Positions 22,701 to 34,515 of a stretch of 64,000 nucleotides of DNA are shown here, in pieces. The stretch is from Naegleria gruberi (Eukaryota). Location: assembly GCA_000004985.1 (NCBI GenBank), contig GG738851.1. The stretch is one strand, 5' to 3'. A model generated the notes under the pieces. The model saw only the letters and a program-made list of their open reading frames with translations, made no database searches and was not told the origin of the DNA. The position numbers were made by a program, and so were the translations under genes. How positions within the stretch are numbered: position 1 is the stretch's first letter; each line of letters opens with the position of its first letter.

Positions 22701-25700
22701 ATTTAAGAATTGATACAGAAACAAGTTGAAGAATATTTAGCAATGAAAGAGAGTCGTGTGTCTTTTCTGTAAGGTCCACCAAATAGGTAGTGAAAATTTG
22801 TACTTTGTCATTTGGAACATTGCTGAAAGTCATCATGCTTGCCAAAGAGGTAGAGCAGCTTGTACGCACTGCCTCATCATCGTCCAATAGGAATTTAGAA
22901 ATTTGATCTAAAGATCCTGATTCCTTGTAAAATTCAATAAAGAGAATTGAGCTATACAGTTTGATTAAATTGTCATGATTCAAGTTTCCATCGAATTTGT
23001 TTTTTTCTATCAGTGAATAGAGTGTTTTCTTAAAGTCAACTTCGGACTTGATTTGGTCAAAAACTTGCTCATAATCAAATTCTATTGCCTCCAAATATTT
23101 AGAAATTACAATATCAATCTTGAAGGAGTCCATCTCTTGTAATTTCTTCTTTGAAATATATTTTAACTCAACTGCTGTTTTGGAAGTAACGAAAGATTTT
23201 GGTTCATCACAAAGAGAAATCATAGTAGAAATCAAATAGTCTTTAACCTCTTCAAACTTTGGTATCATTAGACATTCTGCCATAATGGAGAAAATATTAG
23301 TCTTGGATAATTTGGTTTCAATACCATTCTTTTGGAAGTAGTCAGAAATAGTTCTGTTCAAGAAGTATATCATAGATATTTCTTCTGAAGAGAAGGATAG
23401 CTTTTCTTCATGGTGCATGCTTGTTTCCTCCACAATCTTTGGCTCTAACTTCTTTTTGCTATAATTAAATCTAAATGTAGATGAAAAAGTACCAAATATT
23501 TTGATGGAATCTATTGCAGGTTCGTTTGACCCACCATGTACTGTTGAAAATTCAATCTCCAACTCTGACAAATCTAAAGCCTCTTGGTTTGTGAGAATAA
23601 TAGTGTACCACTTTTCAGTATCAACTTCAGTCTCTATTGTATGACTATTCATAAGGATGGAATATGGAATAGAGTTTTTGTTAGATTTTCCTACTAATAC
23701 TTGGATGTGAGTAAAGACATAATCATCTGGCTTTTTAACTTTGAATTTTAAATTGCTACCTTGCACGAAGAGAGTGTTATTTTCATCTAATGAATCTTTA
23801 AAAGAATCCAATCCAATATCATTGACCTTTTCCCCTTCAAAAGTGCATTTAGAGGTAATATCCTCACTTGTTTCTGTATCAATTGGTAAACTGTCCAAGT
23901 CTTTTGGTTTTTCAGTAACCACTGGCTTTGAAAGCTTTTGTTTAACCTTCTTTACAGACTTGGCACCGTGTCTCTTTCTCAATTCTTTGAATATTCTACT
24001 CTTTGGTGGTAGGGAAAGACAAGGAACGATCTCTTTGGTAACAGAATACTTAATCAACTCGCCACTGCTAAATAAGCCAATAATTGAGGAGTTTTTGCTG
24101 AATGGTGGTATACTCGTTATTCCTTGAATAGTGTGGGAATCTGGAGTATCTAAAATTTGGTATTCAACCTTATCCTTCAAAAAGTTAAATAGAACCAATT
24201 TGTAATTGCTGGTCATTACTGCAACAACACCACACATATCAATAGCTTCCACCACATGAGTAAAGAATCCAAGAGATTTAAAGCTAGAATCTTTGGAGAG
24301 TTCCAAGCAAGACAAAATTTTACCAGACAAATGATCAAGTTGCAAGGCGACAGATGTACCATCCGCATAACTTACAAATAACATATGAGCAAGTTCTGAA
24401 TAGAACACATATTTTCCTTCTGAGGAGCCATTGTGTGTTGTAATTGTGATACTATCAGTGAATGTAGCTTCACCACCACTATTGAAATAGCTTTGATAGT
24501 AAAGTTGACCTTTCTTTGTAAGAGCAAAACATGTCTTTAAATCCTTCATTCCATTTGGATCAGAGGCAAATACACTCGATGCAATCAAATCATCCTGAGC
24601 AGCAAAGTTAAATGTAGGACAGAAAGTGTCTGAAGACAGGTCATACACCTTAACAAATTGGTTTGTTGTAACAGAAAGTAAGCACTGTTCTCCGGGCAAC
24701 CATTGAATATCAATAATATAAGTCTCGGTAGGCATATCTTCACATGCCAAATAGAGAGGGATTTGTTGGATAACGTTGCATTCAGAGTCTAAAACTAGTA
24801 CGTGACATTCATAAATACCTGCAACTGCTAAAAAGTTGTCATTTTCTGGATTGAACTTGATGTGGACAACTTTGAAAGGAACTGAATGAGTATTCATAAT
24901 AACAGCATCACTTCTGGTATTGTCCTTTTTCATATTATCTGCAAAATTTGTCGTATTTTTCATGAAGGAAATGTCACTTTGTTCTGATAGGGCCATAGTG
25001 TTCGACAAATTTGAAGCAAGTAAATGTCTTGGCATTGGTTTACTTCTAAAAATGTTGACCTCTTGTCTTCTCTCGAACGTAACATTAGCAGTGAAGGAAG
25101 ATGCTGCAAAAGAGGCAACTCTTTCAGCCAAAACTTTTTGTGACTCGGAAACTGAAAAATCTTCTTGTAGACTCCAAGAAAAATTCTTGCTCTCTGATTC
25201 TGTGGTTTGCTTTTCATACTCTTGTTTCAATTCGGATAGAATGGAGATGAGTTTTTCAATTAGTGAGTCACTAACACAAAGAGTATTGCCATTGGATGAT
25301 TCAATAGGCGTAGCTTCTGAATCTGGTTTGTCTGATACATCCTCCAGGTCTACATTAAATCCAGAAGTTTTAATCAAACTATGACTTGCTTTGTAGGAAT
25401 TATTCTCCATATTTTCCTCAATCTCTGTATTTGATTGAATCACTGGACCCTCAAAGGTGAAAACCTTCTCACTATTGGTTCTTTCCTTGAGATACTTCAA
25501 AATTTGACGATTGGATTCACCACGTTTAGAATCTAAATCTCTTTCCAAGTACTTGCATAAAAATGTACAAATAGACTCAATGATATGAACGTCCTTCTTT
25601 GCAGTTGGTGAGTCCAAAATCTCCACAAAACTATCAAGCAACTTGTCACCTCTGCTGATAGAATTAAATAATGGGAATAAATCTTGGGAAAGCTCGTCAA

Positions 25701-28700
25701 AGTTCTTACTATTAGAATATGCACATTCCTGTAAAACTTTCATCAATGAAGAAACAATGGCATCTACAAGTTGTTTTGAATTTTCCTTTCCTGATAAGCA
25801 TTTTATCAATTGCTCTATTTGTTTCCTTGTATCTTTAACCAAAACCTTACTTTCTATAAAAGTATTAAATCCTTCTGTTTCAGATAATACTTTAGAAATT
25901 TCCTTGTTTTCGGGATCAACCTTAGTTAAAATTGATTCAATAAAAGAGAGCAATAGGTTAAATATTTCAGCCGAATTTTCTGTTTGCATTAGTAAGCTCA
26001 TCAAAATAGAAGAGTTAAACTTTAGGTTCTCACAATATTTTGGACTTGTTGACTGACCGACAAGTAATACTTGAATGCTTTGTAATTTCTTTTCATCAGT
26101 AGAAAATATTTGATCTTCCAAATGTTCGAAAACTTCAGCTAAAACCTTCTTTGCAACTTCAACTTTCTTTTCTACCAACAAGGTTTTCTTGACTGATTCA
26201 ACAATTCTAAGAAGAGTAAAATTCTTGAAAATATGTAACTCCTGAACAAAACCATCTTTGAAAATATTGAAAAGAATTGATTCTACCAATAAGGCTGATC
26301 TAAATGTATAGTGTTCTCTAATATTGAATAAACTTTCGACTTTTTCTGAATTAAATTGAGACAAGTCGAGCATGTTTTGTTCAGTTGCCTTATTGATTGT
26401 GAAAGAAATTAATTCAATAACTGATTTGATAGAATGATACAAAGCAAATGCTGTAGAGTTCTCCCTTGAAAGATGTACACTCTTTACATTATGTATCAGA
26501 ATAGAATTGAAACTTTCTGCCAAGGACAACTCGGAGACAATTTTCTTGAGAGATTGTAATTTTCCATCATACCACTCACCAACGTTTAGAGTTGAAATCT
26601 TGGCCAGATTAGGTGAAGTGAAAGAGCTGATCAATGATACAATATCCTCCTTTGCAAGAGATGATTGGCAAATATCCAAGCATACATCTACTTCTTCAGT
26701 AGAAAGTTGATTGATTTGAAGTTCCTTGGAGAAAACCAAATACAAATCATTCAACAAATTCTTGAGCAATGAAAAGGAGAAATCTAAGGCTGTTTCGAAA
26801 AGCTTTTTTGATGGACTTTTCTCTATTTGCTTTTTAAGAAGCATACATGTTTTGTCAGAATAGAGAGACAAAAATATTGGCTTGACATTTTCAAAGCTTT
26901 TCTCTTTTAACACTCTTTCAACAACAGAATCATTAGATGCAGTCTTATCGTGGTAGAAAATCTCTGCTAAAATGTTGCTAAAGTTGTTCTTGTTAAATTT
27001 CAAATTTTCAATCTTCATCAAGGTTTTAATTAACCTGAGTGAGACATCTGTAAAGTAATCACATTCGTGGTTAGTATTTTTGTCTTGATAACTTGTAAAG
27101 GCTTCAAAAAGGACACATATCAACTTTTCAGCCATGTTATCCTTTGACAATATTTGCGTAACATGTGAAGAAAGCTGATTACTAGAGTAGTTCAACTCAA
27201 AAATACCATTACCCACATCCTTAGAGTCTAATTGTTGGAGTAATAAATTTTTAGATACTGTAATGTTCTCTCCCTTGATAAAACATGTGAGTTGTTGCAG
27301 TGCCGAAGATGGAATCTTTTCAAAGTTAAAGCACAAGTATTCAAACAATACCAAGATATTAGAAAGAAGTGTTTTCCTACTATCTTTCAAAAAGTCTTCC
27401 TTCAACACTTGTGTCAATAGTGAAGAAAATATTATCTTTCTTGTTTCAATAGAGAAGGTCTCAAAACTAAAAGCTAAGAATAGGCAAACCTCAACACCAG
27501 TTTGTGAAATTGAAACAGTTTCCAAAGATTTGATAAATGTTGTCCATATTGATTCATAAATTTTTCTATCAGATGAGTTGTGCAATACTAATTTCATAAA
27601 AATTCTTAACACTTGTGGCTTCATCTCAATAATACTCATGTTTAAAGATGCGATATCACAATTTGATGATGCCAAAATATCTAAAATCTTGTTAAACACC
27701 CTTTGAGTATCGTGATCACCAATATTTTCTCCAATTTTGAAAAGTTTGCTCAAGTTCTCAATGGAGCTGGAAACAAAACTATCCTTAAACTCCTTATTGT
27801 TTTCTTGGAGGCCATTTTTGAGTAAAACAAGGAAATTAGTGATTAAATCATTAGTGGATGGAGTTCCCAACTCGAGATCGACAGCCTTCTCCACAATGGT
27901 AATCACCTTGTTAATATTGGCGTGAGAGAACAATTCAGCATAAACTATAATTTCCTGCAATAATGATTTCTTAAACGTAAAAGCCTCCTCAACTTCTTTA
28001 ATCTTATTAAGAGGGAAATATTTTTCTATCATTGGGCTAACTATTAGTGGAAGATTGTAAGAATCTGGTTTGATTTCATTAAAAGTGGAGTGTGACGAAT
28101 AGATATTAGCCATTAGGTACAAGTAATTGGAGTAGATTGCCATGGACTTTTGAACGCCATCCTCCTCATTAAAAATGCAGAAAATACCGTTTAAAAAGTG
28201 GGCAAGTGCAAGTTTGGAATCTTTTGTGTTGGTTTTTTTAAGAATGAGAGTGGCAATAGATCTCAATATATCTGGACTATAGTTTCCAACAGATTGTTTT
28301 GTAATGATTTCTTTTACCTTTTCAATCAAAAATTCAGTTTCTATTTTACAGACATTCACATTTGGCTTTGAAAGAAGATTGATAATTTCGAATGTGACTC
28401 CACTCACTTCACCCTTTTGTTCATAATTAGAGCTCAAAATCTTGTTCAGTATGTAGCATAAATTTTCTCCAACAAGTAAATTATTGATGAGGTATGACCT
28501 AGATTGTTTAACAATCTTATCAAAAGAAAGAGTAGAATTTGAGAATTTTCCAATTACTGGTGTGATTGTAAAATTAGAATCCACTGATTGCTCGTTGGAG
28601 ATGATTAATAATTGTTGAATAATATCAGTATTTGGTATAGTTTCAGAATTTTCCTCTTTAGGTTTGTTGTCATTAAGATTAAAAGGAAAGGCAACCAACT

Positions 28701-29524
28701 TTTCTGGAATTACTTTCTCCAATCTATTCTCTGCATCAGTTGTCTTTCTTCCAGTCAATATTACATTCAAAATTTTACAAGCGTATTGAATTGTGTGAAT
28801 TACATTTTCCGATAATGGTTTGTCAGCATATTCGTTTAAAACATATGTACAATATCTTGCCAATACAAGAAGTGTGTATTTAGTGCTGAAAAAGCAAGCA
28901 CTATTTTTTTGAATAACTGGAATAACATGTTTAGTTTCGAAAAAAGCTCACAAACTTACCCTTTTCAATAAACTTTTTGGAATAGAGTTGTCTTACGAAT
29001 GTGTTCAAAACTTGGACCATTACAAAATGTTGGGTTGAAGAAAAACATTTCATTCTCTGTAAAAACTTGCACAATAGTTTCATGATTGATGGAAAATCAT
29101 TGGCATTACTTTCAGAAAGGTACCTTTCCGATGAAACCACTTGCAAAACGAAAGTTTTCAAAAACTTTGTTGTTTCGTACAATTTATCTCATATTTAAAA
29201 CATACCTCTGTTCCTGTTTCTGATTGTAGGACAGTCTTGTCTACAACTACAGATTCTTCAGCCTTTTTAATAGTTAGAAAATTATAGACCAATGAATAAA
29301 ATTGAACTTACAAATAATAGACCCATTCCAAATACATCTGTCTCTTCATCTGTAGCATCAACAACATTTCCCAATTGAATATATTGATCGCTTGTGTCTT
29401 GATTTGAGAGTTGATCAAGTATTTTACTCCTCTCAAAGGATGAATCAATAAAATTATTAAAGAATTCATCCTCCTCTTCAATGTTAGTTTCTTCCGAAGA
29501 GTGATGATTTATTTTCACACTCAT
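16702..29524 (-). CDS. UBR4: UBR4 / p600 / BIG / Pushover-type giant E3 ubiquitin ligase orthologue (about 4229 aa); 4 exons: complement(join(16702..28916,28960..29164,29206..29262,29312..29524))
   Basis: The 12.2-kb main exon aligns with human UBR4 at the beta-propeller-like region (…NDNFLAVAGIYECHVLVLD…IIDIQWLPGEQCLLSVTTNQFVKVYDL vs …DCHVLTFSS…[24 protein letters not shown]). It aligns at the Cys-rich C-terminal E3 module too (CLVCSDPELDF…CDSCGIAVYDKYGLCLSCGENVFSCSNCRGINYDNLDAFICSTCGTCKFA vs CLVCNNPEVPF…CPRCSASV…[36 protein letters not shown]). The same holds for CYGCANNFV and CSVCGDGNSFKPEEVLGTYMFCK…HSSCH…KCNALFPFKGP vs [23 protein letters not shown]…DCHL…KCNGLLPVWGP. The 5' exons start at ATG 29524 (MSVKINHHSSEE…GMGLLF|AEESVVVDKTVLQSETGTE|FLKTF…KKFIEK|…). 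Introns: 29263..29311 (GTAAGT), 29165..29205 (GTATGT). The third is 28917..28959 under GTAAGT…CCAG, or 28901..28948 under GTTTGT…AAATAG. Internal antisense ORFs in the track are spurious. Confidence 0.85.
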
Positions 29525-29801
29525 ATCAGTGATCTGATGATGATTTAATGATGGTGATATTGGTGATGAAACTTTTCGAAGGCTTGTTATTAAACAAATC
29601 CAAATTGAATAAATACAATCAAATAGACGTGCTAAGAAAGGAATAATTGGTAACACTTCTAATGTTTTTCCGTCTTGAAATTTTCTATTGATTGTGTAAA
29701 TAAATTGTGTGTAGTATTTCCAAACTCTATTGCAATTTTGAGTTTGATCAAAGTTCCAATAGAAAAGACAAAAAGGCTTTGAATCTTTTTTTAGCTTGAT
29801 T

Positions 29802-30131
29802 TTATTTTTGTTCTTGTTCTTCCTCCAAGCATGATGAAGCAGAAGGAATGATGATTAAATTTTTCATTTGGAGGAACAATGAATTTGATGCCGTGCGATT
29901 GCTTTGGACCATTACAAAATGTTGTCTTGTGTGGGATGGAGGTAAAATAATTTCGCCTCTATTGACCAACAATAAATTATATTTAATTGATATGAACTTA
30001 TTAAAATTTAAAATACAAAAAAAAAACGTTTCTTCAATATAACAATAATTATAATGGTTCTCTGATTGATAATTGGTGGAGTTGAATTTTTGATAGATTG
30101 GATTAGAGGAGTTGATAATAGTCAAAAACAA
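29802..30131 (-). other. Upstream ORF carrying an exact 21-bp copy of a UBR4 5'-exon segment (possible duplicated/alternative 5' exon or decaying duplicate)
   Basis: caacattttgtaatggtccaa occurs at 28993..29013 (UBR4 exon 3, …TQHFVMVQVLN…) and again at 29904..29924 (this ORF, …TRQHFVMVQSNR…). The ORF has a TTG pseudo-start, no obvious donor and ends in a stop. Confidence 0.3.
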
Positions 30132-30801
30132 GGATGTGCTCTCACTCGTTCCTCATCATCAAAAGGATCATCTTCATCTTCTTATAAATATGATTGTAGT
30201 TCTGGCGTTTGTAAAATTGTAAGATCGCCAAGTACTGCTGAAAAAAGGCAAGCCATAGAGTCTGATGATGAATCCAATTAGAGGAATGTTTAATTGGAAT
30301 ATTGATTGGAATTAATCATTACTATGAGTGTTGTTATTTTGGTGTGGATGACGTTCAAGGGAGCTGAAATTTACATTCCTTACCAAATTGTTTCTGATTC
30401 GCTTGTAAGCAACAGTAAATGATTATTGAGTGAGGCAGTAAACTTGAACTGAAAGTATCAATATCAACATGGATAGTGAGATAATTCTCTTTCAATAAAA
30501 TACCCTTGAAAATGAATGTATTTATTTAGTTGAGATTTAAGTCTAGTTTGTTGCCTTGCATGATAAAACAACCAGTTATGGAAGCACCTACACCTTGTTA
30601 AAATCAATGAAAGATCCAAATATTACACATTTGATGGATTAAATTCGAGGAACCATTACCAAGGATAACATATTTGCAATTATAGATAATAATTACACTT
30701 TAAAGGTTTTTCTGACAAGAATTTATCGAAAAATGTAAAAGAGAAAGATTTAGTATGCAAGGGTGGTTAGTAATTTTATTCCACGAAAGATATTGAATTT
30801 G

Positions 30802-33123
30802 TTAAATCTGTTCTGTATCCAAATTTTCAACTAATTCTTCAATCTTTCTCAAATTATCCCACAACTCCAATGAGGAAATTCTTTCTTTTGGATTCCATTT
30901 AAGACAGGAAAGAATTGCATTCTTGATTGGCTCAATAAGTGCATACTCTTCCTCATTATCAGCTACAGAAATCATTTTGCTAATTTCAAATTCCAATTCA
31001 TCTACAAAATCATTGAATTTCTCCTTTTGTTTCTTCTTGTTAGATAACTTGCCTCCAAAATTGACACCTCCAGGCATGATTCTCTGGTAGAATGTGTGGT
31101 CAATCTTTGTATCAAAAGTTAACAGCTGGTAGGCAATTACACCTAATGAAAAGACATCGGTTTTTCGTAACAATTCCATCTCACTAATTTTCTCACTATC
31201 ACTTCTATCCTCACTTGGAGAAATAGGGTCCACACTATCGCTGTTCATTTGGAGATAGAGCTCTGGAGCCATGTGAGGAATAGAACCACACAATTTGGTA
31301 TTCTTCATGCCATCTATTGCATTACTCATACCCTTCTCAGAATTGATACGTATCAGGAAGGAAAAATCAGCCAATTTCAATGTTTGATAATCATCTGCAA
31401 TGAAAATATTTTGAGGTTTAATGTCACGATGACAGTAAACGAAGGAATTTTCTTCTTTCGATGGTTCTTTTTGTTCATTTTCGATAGGTTCAGAGGAGAG
31501 TGATTTTCTATTGTGTCTCGATCTGAATTCTGGGTGATGCAAGAGTGCCAACGTCTCTGCCAACTGTTTCATGTACAATACAAATGTTGAAATTTGAATC
31601 TTCTTGCCCTTTCTTGCTTTGGATTCCAAAAATTTTTGTAAATCACCTTGTGAAAAGAGTGGCATCTCTAAACAAATGGTCATTTCATCATTTTCATTCT
31701 CCTTACTCGATCTATTTACACTTTCAAGGAAAATGCTATTGTGGTGTACAATGTATGGCCACTCTGATAATTCACCCTCGTCCAAATATTGAACAAGTTC
31801 AATTTCATAGAGAATTTCTTGAGCACTTTGTAAATTATCAATTTTAACTTTTTTGAGTGCAACCATTTCATTCCTATTCTGTTCTGGTCCAAGATTTTTG
31901 AGTGCAGAAAATACAATTCCATATGATCCCTCTCCCAGTGGTTGAATCAATTCATAGTCCTTATTTGGATTCTGTTCCAATTCTTGGAATAATTCTTGTA
32001 ATAATTTACTATTCGTCATGAATTGATCGAATTTAAATCCATTCCACTCGCCTATTTTAACATCTGTTGCACAAACTTCCACATTGGTTCCATCAACAAC
32101 AGCCTGATTAAATCGAATACTCTTACCACTACTTAGAGTGGTAGAATTTGAAGTTGGAGCTCCACTTGCAAAAAATTCATCACCCAAATCCAAACCACAG
32201 TTTTGTGCTGTAATTTCCAAAAAGATGAATCCATGAGGAACACCCTCCAATTTCAAATAGAATTTCTGTGTTTGATTTTTTAACAATTGAGAGAGTGGCA
32301 CCGAGACACTTCCCATAAAATCATTCGATTGAAACAAGTCAAAATCCCAAACATTTACAATCAGCTCATCCTTAATGGCTCCCACAAATAGCTCATCACT
32401 TCCGTTCTGTTCAACATTCCTCACACTGAAAAAGAAACTCTCATCCCACATTGGATTGAGTGTTTTTTTGAGACATTTCGATTTCTTTGTTTCCTCCAAA
32501 TATCCCTTGAGGGCTGCTTGATGATCATGATCTTCCTGTTCCAAATATCGGTGGTGAAATACACAAAATGGATCGGATCTGCCATTCCTATCACAGGGAA
32601 TTAAATCTTCACAAGATTTTAACGTAACAATTATATATGGATGAACATTTGCATTATTGGACAATAATGTTGATAGTGAAGAAGATTTTCCTTCCAAATT
32701 TTGATTACTATAAACATCTCTACTCGATAAACGGCCAGATGGTGGTGCCTTTTTAAATCTGCCACCTGTCAAATAACTTGTACTTCCAGTGATGGTCTTT
32801 CTATTATTTATAAGAATGACAGCATTTCTTCTGGGAGAAATTGGCGAGTTACTGCCAGAATTTGCTGACCCAACAGAAGAATTGTTATTTGCTGACGAAG
32901 GGGATGGAGAATTATTGGATGATGGTGATAAATTATTGGCAGCTGGTGAATAATTCGAAAGTCTTCTCTTTTCGAAATGGTGATGAGTATTAGAAAGAGA
33001 TGGAGGTGAATGATTTGAATCCAGATAGGAATCTGTAGGTGGTGGAGAACCAAATACTGGTCCAGCTGAACCTGATCGGGATCGACTTTTGGGAGCAAAA
33101 ATTGATTTGACCTGTTGAAACAT
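30802..33123 (-). CDS. C2-domain-containing serine/threonine protein kinase (single exon, 773 aa)
   Basis: ATG 33123. The N-terminus is Ser/Asn-rich. The C2-like domain is …IIVTLKSCEDLIPCDRNGRSDPFCVF…DELIVNVWDFDLFQSNDFMGSVSVPLSQL. The kinase domain has LGEGSYGIVFSA (Gly loop), VALKKV (VAIK), YCHRDIKPQNIFI (HRD), LKLADFSF (DFG variant), GSIPHMAPE (APE) and DVFSLGV. Confidence 0.8.
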   Translation of the reverse strand: MFQQVKSIFAPKSRSRSGSAGPVFGSPPPTDSYLDSNHSPPSLSNTHHHFEKRRLSNYSPAANNLSPSSNNSPSPSSANNNSSVGSANSGSNSPISPRRNAVILINNRKTITGSTSYLTGGRFKKAPPSGRLSSRDVYSNQNLEGKSSSLSTLLSNNANVHPYIIVTLKSCEDLIPCDRNGRSDPFCVFHHRYLEQEDHDHQAALKGYLEETKKSKCLKKTLNPMWDESFFFSVRNVEQNGSDELFVGAIKDELIVNVWDFDLFQSNDFMGSVSVPLSQLLKNQTQKFYLKLEGVPHGFIFLEITAQNCGLDLGDEFFASGAPTSNSTTLSSGKSIRFNQAVVDGTNVEVCATDVKIGEWNGFKFDQFMTNSKLLQELFQELEQNPNKDYELIQPLGEGSYGIVFSALKNLGPEQNRNEMVALKKVKIDNLQSAQEILYEIELVQYLDEGELSEWPYIVHHNSIFLESVNRSSKENENDEMTICLEMPLFSQGDLQKFLESKARKGKKIQISTFVLYMKQLAETLALLHHPEFRSRHNRKSLSSEPIENEQKEPSKEENSFVYCHRDIKPQNIFIADDYQTLKLADFSFLIRINSEKGMSNAIDGMKNTKLCGSIPHMAPELYLQMNSDSVDPISPSEDRSDSEKISEMELLRKTDVFSLGVIAYQLLTFDTKIDHTFYQRIMPGGVNFGGKLSNKKKQKEKFNDFVDELEFEISKMISVADNEEEYALIEPIKNAILSCLKWNPKERISSLELWDNLRKIEELVENLDTEQI

Positions 33124-33805
33124 TTTTTTTTAATGGTTGAGTGTTATTAATATGTTTTCCTATTTGTTGAGTTCCTTATTATTGTTGGATAGTCAATGCT
33201 AAAATAGTGCAGAGATTTGGGAGCACTTGTCAGAAGTGACTCACCACCAAAGAAAACAATTGTTGCCTTACCTTTGTTATTGAGCAAACGTTTTAATCAA
33301 AAAATATCATTAAATTAAATGCACAGATGTAAAATAATATTTGGAGCTGGAAAAAAAAAGGTTCATTATTTTGCAACCACAAGAAGTGTTGGCGAGAGAA
33401 GCGAAGAAGCAAACGTGGTTGAGCGTTAGGCAGTATGGAAGACAATGTTCTTGCATTATCTATTAACACTTGTTTTTCATGATGACGAAAATAGCTCTCA
33501 ACCTTCAATCATCTGATCTTAAATGAGGACCGAGATCTATCCCATGCTAAAACTGATCACTCAAGTGTAATGGCAACAAACTTTTGCTCTTTAACATTTC
33601 CGTAATGTTTGATAACCCAAGTTGTGAAGAATAAATATTGTTAAATTGTGTAATTAAATTCAATACATTTTTATGTACGTTTATTTACACAGAAATCTCG
33701 GACAGCAATTCAATGCTGTTACTGCGTGAGCAGCTTGTGTTGCATTATTCCAAAGTTCTTATTCACATTAAAAAGATGGTTTCAAAAAGTTTTCTAATTT
33801 CTCTA

Positions 33806-34131
33806 TTAATCCATAATACCACAAGAAGTGACCATCTTGCCTGGGAGCATTACCAATCCAATTCTTCGTTCATCATATTCACCTTCATCGGTTTCTGGTC
33901 TTTTCCTATATTCTGTTGTCTGAATTATTAATTGTTAATTTTCTTTCCGAATAACAAACCACTACTTACATCTCTCAATATTAAATTCGAAGAAAAGTCA
34001 ACACAAATAAATCTTCCAACAAAATATCTTCCATCATTGAGTCCAACCTTGAGAATACAATTTGACCATCCGGCAATTGTTGCCTTGTTAGTGGTCATGT
34101 TGGTGCTGTTATTCTTGGTGAGTGAGAGCAT
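33806..34131 (-). CDS. NAA38/LSMD1 (Mak31-like) Sm-fold protein, NatC auxiliary-subunit-like; 2 exons: complement(join(33806..33919,33970..34131)), 91 aa
   Basis: Exon 1 is MLSLTKNNSTNMTTNKATIAGWSNCILKVGLNDGRYFVGRFICVDFSSNLILRD (Sm1 motif; compare human NAA38 [25 protein letters not shown]). The 50-nt GTAAGT…TTCAG intron (33920..33969) leads to exon 2 TTEYRKRPETDEGEYDERRIGLVMLPGKMVTSCGIMD* (Sm2 motif; compare RVLGLAMVPGHHIVSIEV). The ORF track shows only exon 1 with a spurious tail. Confidence 0.8.
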
Positions 34132-34515
34132 GATGACGCTTTTGTATTTTTTAAAAAATCATCAACACGATGGCTAGGTTAATTATCTCTTAATTAGAGA
34201 CAAATGACCAACTTTAAGGTGTTATACTGGTCCATCGATGAATCATTGTTATGTCAATTTTACAATAAGGTTTTATTTTGAACAATTTCTTAATGTTGAA
34301 AATTGAAGTACAGAGAGTACATTAACATGCATTGTATGGTCATTTGAAAGATGCTGTCTCAGATTCGTTTTTAATAGATCGTTCTCATCCGGTCGAGTTT
34401 TAAATAATCGTTGAAATAAAACATTCGTTGCTGATTCTTAGTGTCATTAAGGATAAAGTAATACGTCAACTTCCGGCCTTAACGGTAATAAACTTAATAA
34501 AACAAAAAAAACGAA

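Noticed and set aside
16702-28863. Numerous 60–150-aa ORFs on the plus strand inside the UBR4 exon (for example 17346..17702, 23741..24127, 24920..25384, 25643..26056), and similar antisense ORFs inside other large genes (10794..11306, 13474..13767, 13626..14375, 47452..47698 and others).
   Set aside because: These are antisense or out-of-frame overlaps within long, well-supported coding exons. They have low-complexity or AT-biased translations and no independent signals, so they are spurious.
30066-30281. Plus-strand 71-aa ORF (MIIGGVEFLIDWIRGVDNSQKQGCALTRSSSSKGSSSSSYKYDCSSGV…) in the UBR4 upstream region.
   Set aside because: It has no recognisable domain and is Ser-rich and low-complexity. 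It lies within the probable UBR4 promoter/5' region and could equally be chance. Not enough support to annotate.
33471-33520. Possible C/D box snoRNA (ATGATGA at 33479..33485 and CTGA at 33513..33516) in the spacer upstream of the C2-kinase gene.
   Set aside because: The C and D boxes are only about 28 nt apart, and the flanking 4–5 nt do not form a convincing terminal stem. It is too short and weak to call. A covariance-model scan would be needed.
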